Shown here: positions 1-12,300 of the stretch, in pieces | Position numbering within the stretch: the first letter of the stretch is position 1 | Layout of the letters: each line of letters begins with the position of its first letter | DNA from: Podarcis cretensis | Lineage: Eukaryota | Reading direction: 5' to 3' | DNA length: 64,000 bases | Assembly (NCBI GenBank): GCA_951804945.1 | Contig: OX638164.1 | Location: 41,664,001-41,728,000 of the forward strand | Notes under the pieces: model-generated | What the model was told of the DNA's origin: nothing | The model's database searches: none | The model's input: the letters and a program-made list of their open reading frames with translations, nothing else | Translations under genes and position numbers: made by a program

Positions 1-379
1 TGTTGGTATAAACCAAGGAATTTCAGCCTACTGTCTTGGAAAGCTGACAGTGCAAGTTCATTTGCGGCAGATTTCAACATCTTTGTTAAGGCCACAGGAT
101 GCTTTTTTATTAGGCTGGCTTCTTAAGATGCTGGCAAACGGTTGGGTGGCGCTCAGTCATTTGCAATGTTCTTGTCCAGTTCTCTCCAAGATAGTACAAG
201 AACTGGCATTTAAATCTTCATAGGAGCATCTGAGCAGCTGTCCTTCTTCCACATCATTCTGGATCAGTTCACAGGTCCATCCTGATTCTACCAGGTCAGC
301 CAGATGCCTCCTGGGAACTCAGAAGAAGGCTAGATATAGGATAGTCTCCACCTCCTACTTCCTTTTCTGTGGCAATTGG

Positions 380-790
380 CATTCAGAGGTGGACCAACTT
401 GGATGGCTTTAAAAGAGGATCAGAGAAATTCTTGGGGAATAAGGCTATCAATGGCCATGAGCCCAAATGGCTATTTTCTTCTTTCACTATTGGAGGCAGT
501 ATACCTCTGGGTACCAGTTCCTGGCGCTCTCAGGTGCTGCTTATGGGCAGGGGTGGATGAAGGGGGTGTGGTGGGTGCAGGTCGCCCCGGGTGTCACCAC
601 TGAGGGGGGTGACGAAATACCGGGCGGCACTCACCGCGGGGCCTGGAGCACGCCCAGCCACGCGTCTCTCCTGGGAGTGATGGGGTGGCTTGGGCATGCG
701 CAGGCTCCACCGCTGCTTACAGGCTTCCCATAGGCATCTGTTGGGTCCCCTTTGGCCTGATCCAGCAGCCAGGCTCTTCCTATACAAGGG
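380..790 (+). mobile_element. Degraded CR1-type LINE 3' end with GC-rich insert
   Basis: ...NLDGFKRG.EKFL..KAING.. C-terminal remnant plus a 3' UTR motif also present at ~49200-49410. Confidence 0.55.
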
Positions 791-1833
791 ATCTAGGGTT
801 GCAGCCTTAAGCACATAGAATCCCCTCCGGTTTGGCAGCTCCAGCCCTGACATGAAGATTTTCCTTCTCTCTCCAAAGCTCCTGTCTGTTGAATACTTCC
901 CCTGTTTCTGATTTGAAGGTGAAAGCAGGATAATGAGAAACAGATCCGGAGAAAATAACATGGGACAAAATTGTTCAGCAACCACAATGCATGAATATTA
1001 ACTCAAAGGCACAAGGCAAGGCTGTGCAGTATAATGTCCAAGGGCCAAACAAGGTAGAAAGAGGCCATAGCTCTGTAGCAGAGCACCTGCTTTGCACACG
1101 GAAAGGTCTCCCTTTGGATCCCTGCCATGCCCAAGTTGTTTCTTTAAAAAGACCACAGACACACACCCCGCCATGAAGCCACTCACTGGAGAAGGAGGCC
1201 GCTGGGGCAAGGAGCCTCCCTCGCAAGCCCCCCTCTTCCTTCTCCTCTCAGGCCCAGGCCTGGCCGGAGCCCCCACAGGCCCCATCACTGCCCCTGCATG
1301 GGTGGGCAAGCACTGCTCCCGGGCACTATTTGTAAGTGGGAGCCTGGCAGCCTTCACCACTGGGGTGAGCATTGGGGAGTGGGGTGATGCTGAAAGGGAG
1401 GCCTCCACATAGCTGTGGCCTCTGAACAACATGTGGCGGGGGCTGGAGAGGCCTTCCCTCCTCGCCCCACTTCGCTCGCCAGCCGCTTGTGGGGAGAACA
1501 GGCTCCCAGGGACCATGGGGAAGAGCTGTGAAGGAAGTGAGCGCCATGGTGGCCTGTTTGCACGAGGGCAGAGGATGAGACAGAAAATCACGGCCCCTAG
1601 GAAAGGAGCCCAACCCAACCCAACACGGCTGAGCCCCACAAGCCTGCTGTTGCAACTTGAACCACCCTCAGCTTTAAATGTTATGTCTATTTTTTGAAAT
1701 ACATATTTTCTTTACCTTTGATCTTCAACATTAATTCTATTGTATTGTATAATTCTTGATTTAAAAAAAATACTTTTGACTTTTAAAATAGGTTTAACAT
1801 ATATATGTTGGGTCAAATCTATGTTAAAAGTAA

Positions 1834-1839
<6 letters not shown>

Positions 1840-1872
<33 letters not shown>
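1840..1872. repeat. (CA)n microsatellite
   Basis: Direct reading. Confidence 0.95.
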
Positions 1873-1874
<2 letters not shown>

Positions 1875-1994
1875 TACACACCCTACCCCCTTTTCTTTTT
1901 TCTCCACTTATATACACATATATTGGTTACTTTTTAATTATTACTATTTTTATCAGTATTATTAAAAACAATAATTCCTCCCTTATTATTTTTA

Positions 1995-3012
1995 ATTGGC
2001 AGACGGGTCAAGGAGAATTAACAGGGACATGTTTCCCTTGTGTCTCTCTTGACAAAGGGTCACCAAAGCAGTTTCTGTGCCAAAACTGGACCTAAACCCT
2101 GAATGAAATGGGTCTAGAAAATTAGATCCCTTCTTCCAAAAATTATTCCAAATGCACCTGGATCTGGTCCATGCCCACTCACTCCAGAACCTTGCACAGG
2201 AAAGGGAGATTAGCAACTGGCTGGTAATTACCGTATTTTTTGCCCCATAGGGCGCACCGGCCCATAGGGCGCACCTAGTTTTTTGGGGGAGAAAAAAGGA
2301 AAAAAATTATTCCCCCCCCCAGGCACGGGGCTGGGGTGGGAGAAGCCCGAGCTTCCCCCGACCCCAGCCCCCAGAACAGGCAGCTCTCCGCAAGCCGTGG
2401 GAGGGCTCCCGCGGCTTGCGCAGAGCTACCCGAAGCCCGGGCGCGACTGCTCAGTGCGCCCAGGCTTCCGGGTGCAGGCAGCTCTCCACAAGCCGTGGGA
2501 GCCCGGTGGGAACTCCCGCGGGCTCCCAAGGCTTGCGGATAGCTTCCTAAAGCCTGGAGAGCGAGAGGGGTCGGTGCGCACCGACCCCTCTCACTCTCCA
2601 GGCTTCAGCGAAAGCCTGCATTCGCTGCATAGGATGCAGACACATTTCCCCTTCATTTTTGGAGGGGAAAAAGTGTGTCCTATAGGGTGAAAAATAGGGT
2701 AGATTTTCTGAATCCAGGGAAGGTTTCTTAAGGTGTGGTTTTACCACTGCCTCCTTCAAACAGGCAGGGACCACCCCCTCTTGTAAAGAGGCATTGATCA
2801 CCTCCCTGGCCCAGCCAGCTGTTCTCTCCCTGCTGGTTTTCATCAGCCAAGAGGGGCAAGGGTCTAGAGCGCAAGTAGTCGCCTTGACTGATCCGAGCAC
2901 CTTGTCCACATCCTCAAGCCTTAGCAACTGAAACTCATCCAACACAAGAGGACTAGACTGTGCTCTGGACACCCCATGAGATTCATCTGCTACAACAGCA
3001 GAGTCAAGATGA
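1995..3012 (-). mobile_element. L2-clade LINE ORF2 fragment, interrupted by a MITE
   Basis: Minus-strand peptides TTCALDPCPSWL...LKEAVVKPHLKKPSLD and FLDPFHSGFRSSFGTETAL...LLILLD. Confidence 0.8.
2231..2699. mobile_element. Tc1/mariner-superfamily non-autonomous MITE
   Basis: TIR CCGTATTTTTTGCCCCATAGGGCGCAC / GTGTGTCCTATAGGGTGAAAAATAGGG, TA on both flanks, internal GC-rich tandem repeats. Confidence 0.8.
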
Positions 3013-4693
3013 TCCTCAGGGATCCCTCCCTTCCAGCTCTACAGTTCTGTGATTCTATTATCGAAAGGATGTGCTCTTTCATTTAGCATTGGTTCCTTTC
3101 CTCCCCTTTGTGTTTTTCTTTTTTAATTTAATAGCAGCCGTTGGATTAGATTTTGATATTTAAAGTAGGATATAAATTTTGATATAAATGAATGAATAGG
3201 GATCACAGTGCTGGTAGTAGGGGACCTAACTTAGCACCTCGTCCTCACAAGATTACTATTTGTTCTGTAGGGAAGAATTCCAGATACCTATATGTAACCT
3301 TTAAGTAGGAATAGAGGAGAAATACATTCAGCTCACAATTAAAAGCAAATCTAGCTAATTCTCACTTTCTGAAACAATCTGTGAACATACCCATTCTTTG
3401 AAATTTGCACTTCTCCAAATTTCATGATGCAGTTCTTCAGCTGAGTAATGTGTGCAAAAATGCATTTACTGAAGTGTGCATTAAAATGTGTATGTTAGCG
3501 ATGATAACATACAAAAATGCATTATGCATGGGGAAATTGCTTTACAAAATTGTGGTTACTTTTGAACGTGTGTCTAAAATTAGATGACTTTCCGCCTTGG
3601 TAGTAGGTGACCATATGCGAGTTCATCCTCCAAATGACTACATTCCTTCTTCACTTGAAATATTGGGCTCATCTGTTCTTTGCAGCCATAAGTAAGCCCA
3701 TGTTTCCCACAAGGCTGACTCTCAGTGGTGTGTCCTGGTCTGGAAGACTAGACGTACAAATCCATCGAGATCTTCTAATTAGACTGGTCGTTTTCAAACT
3801 TTCTACCTTGGGGAAATTCTTTCCATGTCTGCTAAGGAACTCCTGCATGTTTGCTGCAGAAACCCATCTCATCCTTCTGTTTTGTGTCATCATTCTTTGC
3901 TGCTTTCAATTTATTAAAAGATTTCCCTCCTGCATTTTGTTCACAAAAAGAAAAGAAAAGAAAAAGAACTACCAATGTGGTTTATTTATTTATTTCTGCA
4001 TTTCTACTCTACCTTTCCTCCAAGGGGCTCAAGGTGTGACCTAACCTGTTCTCGCTTGCCCCCTCATTTTATCCTCACCACAGACCTGGGAGGGAAGTTC
4101 AGCGGAGAGACAATGACTTGGCCAAGATCTCCCAGGTCCTACACTTTAATCACTATAAGACACACTGTCTTGGGGTGAATTTGAGCAACGGAGTCTAATG
4201 CCTATGGCTCTGGAATTCCCTCCTTCAGGACGTGTGTTAAGACCGTCAGGCTGGGCCTGTTTAGATGCACTTCTTTGGCTATCTGATCCCCCCAAACATT
4301 GTTTATGATGTGTCTGGGTTTTGTAGCCTTTTTAGTCGTGTTAACAGTTGGGTCCTCTATATGTCTACCTAGAAGTAACTCCCAGTGAGAGAATAAGATT
4401 TATGAAGTCATTCTTTTAGGTTGTGATGCAGCAATGTGATGCAGCTCTTTCAACTTGAGAGCTATATTACCCTCTGGGGACCCTTGCAGGGGCCATAGGC
4501 AGGTAGGATCAGAGACGAAAGTGGACAGGCATCAAATGCAAATCTTACCTTTGTACAGTAGGCTAGTTTCTATACAACCTCTCTATTCTATATCCTCTAT
4601 CCTAACTCCTCACTGTCCTCCATCTGGTCAAGCAAGAGGCATGGTCAGAGAGTTCAAGGACAAATTCCAGCCAGGCAGAAACACCCATGTAGG

Positions 4694-5207
4694 TGTCATG
4701 GATGGGACACAGAGGAATGGTGGGAGGCACCAGCTGAGGAACACCCAAGGGAAGAAGGCTGAGAGCCCAGGGATTGCTGGTGGGACAACAGTGAGTGGTC
4801 AGAGGGAGAAGACTGGGAGGAGGAGATGTCAGAAGCTGAAGAGGTAATGGGGCTTAGTGAATGGGGGGAGTCTGTGGCAGAGAAAAGTCCAGGAGGGAGG
4901 TTAAGAGGCAGATATGAGTCAGGCTGGTGAAGAGTCGCAGGTTTCTCTCCCTCCTGCTGTGACAAGTTCCCCTCCCACCTGGTCTTCCAGAACCAGGAGA
5001 GGCACAGTCTCAGATTGCTTGGGAATGACCTGGCAGAGGAAGAGACTTAAGCAGCTTCAGTCTCCACAACTGCCTCATAGGGGCAGGACCTAGTGAGAGG
5101 GGTTGCTGTGCTCATTAGTCCTGGCCCTCCTGAGCAGACCTTGGTTCTTCTCATAAAGAGTTAACTTCACATACTCAGTGTGATTTACTGCTGTCTTGCT
5201 CCTGACA
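4694..5207 (+). mobile_element. Solo LTR (Gypsy/ERV-like)
   Basis: TGTCA...TGACA termini; 5-bp near-TSD gtagg/gaagg; CATAAA near 3' end. Confidence 0.6.
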
Positions 5208-5378
5208 GAAGGGTGCAGATCAGGGTCAGTTTGGGATGTGGCCTAGTGAGAGTTCTGAAGGCTAGAGGGAGAGGGCTGAAGCACCAGATTTGGCCCCGGG
5301 GCCCAAGATTCCCTGCTGTAATTCCATACCCACTAAGGTGCAGTAAATTCCACTGAACCCAGTTGGATTTAAATGCAT

Positions 5379-5642
5379 AAAGGGACCCCTGACCGTTAAG
5401 TCCAGTTGTGGACGACTCTGGGGTTGCGGCGCTCCTCTCGTTTTACTGGCCGAGGGAGCTGGGGTACAGCTTCCGGGTCATGTGGCCAGCATGACTAAGC
5501 CACTTCTGGCGAACCAGAGCAGCCCACGGAAACGCCGTTTACCTTCCCGCCAGAGCAGTACCTATTTATCTACTTGCACTTTGACGTGCTTTCAAACTGC
5601 TAGGTTGGCAGGAGCAGAGACCGAGCAACAGGAGCTCACCCC
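5379..5642 (-). mobile_element. Sauria SINE (5'-truncated)
   Basis: Reverse complement of the copies at 31512, 51992 and 57929. Confidence 0.85.
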
Positions 5643-8600
5643 ATAGAGTTGCCCTATTATTATGTTCCTGAGGTAATATAAGGCTCCCTTATGGGGTTGG
5701 AAATCAGCATTAAAATGTTTTAATACACTGATTAATACTATTTACAGACCACCCTGTAACAGTGTACAAATTAACCAAAATGAATGCAATTGTTCACACA
5801 TATTTCTTTAATTATTTACCCATGTGCCATTTTTCTCTGGCCATGATAAAGCAGACTAATAATAAAATATGAAGTCAGAGCTATAAATGAAGGTGAATTC
5901 TTTTTTTAAGCAGCAGCAGTCAAAACATCACCACCAATCGGGCTGAAAAGATATCTCATTTTTTTTGTTTCAAATAGGCCTTTGAAAATACTCAAGGTGA
6001 CAAAAGACATCATGATGATGACAATAATGATTTTCTTTGCCATTTTTCTGGACAAATGCTTGTCCTAAGCAGCTTACAACAATAACAACTACAGTGTATA
6101 TATCAACTTTACAAAATACCGAAAGATTGAGACCCAGCCAAATCCTCCAAAACATAATCCACTATCTTTTTTGAGCAGCATTTAGCTGGCTTTGCAAGTA
6201 GCTGCACTTAGCTACCTAACCCAGGAATTTATTGTCTGGCACAGTTCTGCAGCTTGTATTTTCTCTTCATATCCCAAATATTATCTAAATACTACTGTTT
6301 ATTAATTTTTACCATTCACTAACAGGTTCTGGTACCTTAGCTCTATAACAGTATTGTCGTCACTGGAAACACCTCTCCAGGGTTTCAGACAGGGGACTTT
6401 GCCACTGAACTATGACTCTTCCACACACTGGCAAAGGAAGGGGGTGAGGTGGGGGTGATCCGCCCTGGGTGTCATCCCTTAGGGGGTGACATCACTGTGC
6501 TGCCCCCCTGGAATGCTCGCCCTGCCCCCCAGGTGGCTAGCCCCACCCCTGGGTGCACAGAGCAGCTAGCTCCCCCTCTGCTTCCGCAAAGGAAGATGAG
6601 TCTTATGGATTTTTCTTATGGAAGTAAGCCCAGTTGAGTTCCCTGGGATTGACTCCTGGGTGAATGCATTGCATCCAACTAAATTCTACTCAGAGTAAAC
6701 CTACTGAGATTATTGGGCCCTAAGTTAATCATGTATTTTGGTTTCAATGGGTATATTCTGAGTATAACTAATGCTTTGTATTTCCAAAAATGCTTCTTGT
6801 CACCTGACTGTCCCTGGTGACTCTTCTGCCAGCTTCAAGCAAAGAGGGCAGGATGTCAGTGTAAACTGGCTTAAATGAACCAGAAGGCAACAGTTTCCCC
6901 AATTTAATTAAAAGGCTCAGATACAGGTGGTTTGTGAATCAGGTTGCATCTCATCCTTAGGTGCCTACATGATTTCAGAGACAAGGATCATAATGAAAAT
7001 TGTGCTTCTCTAAATGTAGGTGGGCTGGAGTCTGGAGCACCAGGAGGAAGGAGCACATCAATCCAGGATAGGATATGGTCATGTGAAGTTCAATGCCTTC
7101 ATTCTCCAAGAGCCAACACCCGAACATAGGAACATGTATTGAGCCAGACCATTGGTCCATTTACTCACTGACAGGCAGAGGCAATCCAAGGTCTCTCCCA
7201 GCCTGCCCTGGAGATGCTGGGGATTCAACTGGGCCCATCAGAAGCTCTGCTAAGGACTTACAGCCCCTCCCCTAGCAAAGGAGCTTTAAAATGGAAAATT
7301 AAATCTATCATCCTTGGCCAGAGATCTTCCCAGAAAAGACTAACTGGCAAATCTAACCACTAGAGGTTGGATGCAGACTAGCAGTGTACACCTAAACATG
7401 TCTACTCAGAAGTCCTACAGAATTCCTTGGGGGGGGGGGCTTGCTCCCAGGTATGTTTTGCTTGGTTGTAGCTGAAGTTAGTTGAGCACAGATCCCACTG
7501 AAATTGAGGGAACAAGGTAGTGATGATGATGACCAGTGATGCAGTGAAGCTGGGAGAAGCACCAGCACTTATTTCACAGCAGGGATGATGATGTCACATC
7601 CTGGGGCACCTTCGCCTGCTTCCTGCATGCCAAAGAAGTAGGTTTTCTCTGAGAGAAATTTTTAAAATAAGCTAAAGAGGGGTTGTTCCGTTAGCACACA
7701 TGTCTAAGGGTCAAGCTGCCATTTTTAATCTGAAAAAGACGAAGGTCCCTTATTATGGCCAACAAAAAGAGGGAGTAACAAAAGAGGGAGCAAGCTTTCA
7801 GATCCACCAGTCAGAGTTCTTCATCAGTCAGGCTGGATGTTAAGGAGAGGAACGAGAGAAAAGCTGCCTTGGTATCGAAACCATAAGGTTTGCATTGGTC
7901 AAAAAATCGCTGTTGTTGCCCCTGACCTTAAGAATTTATTACTGCATCCTTGGTTCTGACTTTACTGAAGTCCTGTTGCTTTCAGAGTGGGAAGGAAGTT
8001 CAACTAATGGAGGGTTGTAAGCAGCACTAGTCATACTCAGAGTTAGACCCCTTGCAGTCAATAGACCTTACTAACTTAAGCTTGTTCCGTTCAGTAGAAG
8101 TTAGTTGGGCACCACCTCAAATCCTACTCAGAGTAGACCCACTGACATCAAGATAGCCTCTGTCTATTCATTTCAGCGGGTCTACTCTGAGTTGGACTAG
8201 CATTGGATACAATGAGCCCCGCTTGGGAACCCGCCCCAAGGCGCTTACTCCTAAGATCCGCCCAGCTGTACGGATGCGTGGCGCGCGCAGCGCCTTCGGA
8301 ATTGCAGGGCTGAACCAAGAAGTCCGAAAACAAAGCAAAACGAAACTTTCTACATCATTTGCTGATTTCTTTTGCTCCAAAAAACGGTAAGGAAACAACT
8401 CCTAAGGGAGGCGATGCACAAACTCAGCACGGCTTGTGTCTGGATAGGATGGCGCCTTAAAGCGCCCCAAAAGCCGTGCAGGAGTGGAATAATACTTGGA
8501 GATAAAGTGGAGCCGGTGTGGGTTGCTTAATCCGAATTACGTAGTGGGTAGGAAGATGGGTTTATGGCCAAGAGGTGGCAGCCGGCAAGCTCTTTTCTTT

Positions 8601-9177
8601 TGGCTCCTGGTAACTCTGAGCAAGAAACGCTCCCTTTAGGCGGCGTTAATTTGTGGAACCCTCCGCCACAGGATCCTTGGTTTACACGGCTTTGAAAGCG
8701 GATTCCTCTCATTCGTGGAGGAGGAAAGGTCTGTCAACGCTTTTATCCAGGGCTAAACGGGACCTCCAGCTTCAGAGTCAGTATCAATTTCGGGGGGGGG
8801 GGGAGGACTGGGCTTTGCTTGCGGGATTCCCCAGAGCATCGGATTGGCCTTTGCAGGGAACAGGATGCCTGCCGGGTTAGAGGACTCTTGATCTCACCCA
8901 GCGCAGAGCTTCTGATATTCTTATACGTCTGTGGTTTAAAAAGACTTCCGAACCGCCAAACCTACCAAGCCAAAGCGATTGTCTGACGTTTGCTTTCTTT
9001 TCATCGAAGCAATCCTAGAATATGTAACAAAGGGGTGTTTGCTTCTGGTGGGAGGGGGGAGTTTCCCTTGACAATGGAATTAATAGCAATTATAATGCTA
9101 AACTGGATGGTCTTCTTCCTTTTCATCATCATCACCATCAGCATTATTATTATTAACATTTATATTTATAATACCCC

Positions 9178-9308
9178 CAGTGGCGTAGCGTGGGGGGTGC
9201 AGGGGGGGCCGGCCGCCCCGGGCGCAACGTCTGGGCGCAAATCCATGGGTTAGGGGGCGCAAATTACTTGCCTTGCCCCGGGTGCTGACAACCCACACTA
9301 CGCCACTG
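9178..9308. mobile_element. hAT-type MITE
   Basis: TIR CAGTGGCGTAG / CTACGCCACTG; perfect 8-bp TSD AATACCCC. Confidence 0.9.
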
Positions 9309-12300
9309 AATACCCCACATTTCCTCCAATGAACTCAATGTGACCTACATATCTGCACAACAACCCTATGAGGTAGGGCATGCTGAATTCAGGGCTGAGA
9401 GAGGATTTGAACCCTCGTCTCCCAGGTTCTACTACAGCACTCTAATTAAACCTGCATTGGCTGCTGCTATTGCTATTACTACTACAGTACTACTAACTGC
9501 ACGGAAATTGACTTGTTGGACCTTTTGCGCGACTCAGATAACGTTTAAATCAAAAAGCATTCTTCTGCTCCGCTGCCCCCACAAAGTCCCCTAGGAACTG
9601 TAGTTTATTAAGGGTGCTGGGAACTGTGGCACGGCGAGGAGTAAACCAAGGTTGTGTGCCTGTGTGTGTAGTGATGGCGGTGGAGCTATGTGCCTGTCTG
9701 CTTAAATTAATGATGTGTACAAAGCCCAGGTTGCACTTGCTACAATGAAAACATCCCAGTTCCGGTAGTAAACCGAGGCAAGAGAAGGAAACATGGGCGT
9801 GGCCAAGGGGGCAGCTGCACCCATCAATACAAATCAGTACAAATCTGGGGTTCTGTCCCTCTAACAAAAGCCTGCCCCCCCCCCAAAAAAAATCCTCGCT
9901 ACACCCATGGAGGGAAAGGTTTCGGGAGATGAACTAGGAGGGTCACGCTCCTCTTCCCGCTCCTCTTTTGCGCCACTTTCGGGTGTGACGCGCCTTCAAC
10001 CTGCCTCAGCAGTCGGAACTGAAGTCCCAGGTTTGGATTAGTTTGCGCAGTTTCCAATGCGCTGCACGGCATCCGCGGCGGGCCCTTAACGTGGCCTTGC
10101 ACCCGGGGAAGGTTCACCTTGACTTGGGGCTATGGGGGAGAAAGATGGGGAGGCAGGCAGGCAGGCTTCGCTCGTTTTCCCTGAAGTGCAAAATTTTGGT
10201 GGCAGCTGTTAGAGGCGAGAAGGCAGCCCAGTTCCTGACCGCGTCCCCTGACCTTCTCTCCCCCTTCCCTAAAAGCCAGAATCCCTCAGGAGCTTCGGGA
10301 CACACAGGACACTGTCTGTGTGCGTGTTCCTGTTTTCCCTTGCCCGGGAAGAGAGCACGTTTACACCCCGGCACAAATCTGCGTGAGCAAAGCCAGTCAC
10401 TTCGCTGATCTGTGACGGCAATCCTCAACGTGGTAGCGCAGAAGCAATCCCGTTGAGTTCAACCGGATTCCTTTGAAGCATGCACAGGACTACAGGCTTG
10501 TAGAACGACCCTCCGCAAGTCTGACTGACCTCCACGCCATGCATTTAAAGCACGTGGTCCCCCCCAAGGTATCCAGGAAACTGTAGTTCCCACCACAGAG
10601 CCACAGTTCCAAGCATCCTTCACAAGCTATAGTTCTCAGAGTTCTTTGGAAGAAGCCGTGTGAAATGTGCTTTAAATATATATGAGTTCTAGGATCGCAT
10701 CCTTTACAGCTCAATCCTAGGTATGTCTACTCAGAAGTAAGTCCGGTTGAGTTCACTGGGAATTTCTCCTAGGTAAACGTGTGTACGGTTTGCAGTTCCA
10801 TTTAGGGAGGAAGTGTGTGTTTGTACACAGACACAATACATAGAGAGTATCAGTGATGTTTCATTAACCCTTTCTTGTGCTTGACCACAGAGCCAAGATT
10901 TTGGAAATAAAGCTGAAAACTGTCTTCGTGCGATGGAAGTTGCAGCCCTTTAACTGTTTATTCTAGAGGTAGCTTCGTTGAAATCCACGGAAGAAGCGAT
11001 GGTAACAGTGCAGCCACTGAGGCCACCGTAATTTACTCATCAGCCTCCATTTGCTCCAGAGTAGACCTGCTGAGTTGGAGTAAACGGCTTTGTTATCCAC
11101 GGGGTTGGCCGTTGGCGGAGAGCGCGTTATTCTACCCTGTGCAATTTACTCAAAAACCCCATTCATTTCAGTACAGCTTTAGAGCGCAATAAATGTGATG
11201 GGTACCATTCAAACGTGATACAGGATCGCGCCGCGTTGAAAACGAAATTAGTGTCATTGCGTTAAAAAGTAAGGACTGCTCAATGCAGGCAAATCCTTTC
11301 AGGGGTTTAAGGTATTGCTTAAGAACATTTATAGAGGACCAACGGCTTGGAGACTTTTTCTGTTCCTTGCCTGACAGACCAGGGAAGTTCTCTTGCGGAA
11401 GCTCCAACGAAAAGCAAGAGAGCCGCGCAACAGCCACATCCTGCTCGCATTAATTCAGGCGACTTTGCGCAGGAGAAAATCCCGCTGGGATTTCCCCCGG
11501 GATTGTATCTAGCATCACAGAAAGGACAAATTGTGCTAGGATTTTATTTTAAAATTTGCTTTAGAAACAACAACAACCTTTCGAAATTCCTTTAAAAATA
11601 GAAGCAAAGTCTTATATTGAGATATCTCCTTTCCTAGGATAATATCCATTGGTGGATGGAGAGAGGGAGGTAAATGCTAAGTATTTGTGCACCACGGTGG
11701 CTTGAGATTTATTAGGTCATCTAACGCCAGAGCTGTCATGAATATGGACAGAATAATTTAGAAATCACCCTTTCTTTTCCCAACCCCTTCTAATCCTGAG
11801 AAAAAACACGCCATCACACAAATACATACTTCCCAAGTCTATTCCTTAAACAGAATTGTAAACATTTATGTATTTTAAAGGGTTGATTAAAAAAAGAGCA
11901 AAACCACTCTTGCGACAGAAATATAAACGTAAGTTTTAAAAGTCTAGGCTAACCCTGGGATTTGGTTTGAAAGCGGAGTTCCACGTTACCTTTAAGAGCG
12001 AGAGGAGTTTAAGAGGGGAGCTGTGCATAATGAGGCAAGGCAGCCCAGGCTCTGTCGCTTTAACTGGGGGACATCTGATTCCCTCATCTGGCAGATGGTC
12101 TCTGAGTCCAGATTTGCATTCATTGTCTTGAAATCTGTTTTCGCGTTGGTGTTATATAGATTTCAGGGGCAGATCTATACCCCAGATCTCAGTACAAAAG
12201 GAACAGGGGGGGTGGGTGGGAGGTAAATGACACCAAGCCAGCTTAATTTATATAGAGATGCTATTATTTCCAGTAAAATGAGCGTGGGTGGATGGAGAGG

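Noticed and set aside
998-1639. 213-aa minus-strand ORF
   Set aside because: GC-rich low-complexity sequence overlapping a SINE fragment; no family motif or splice structure
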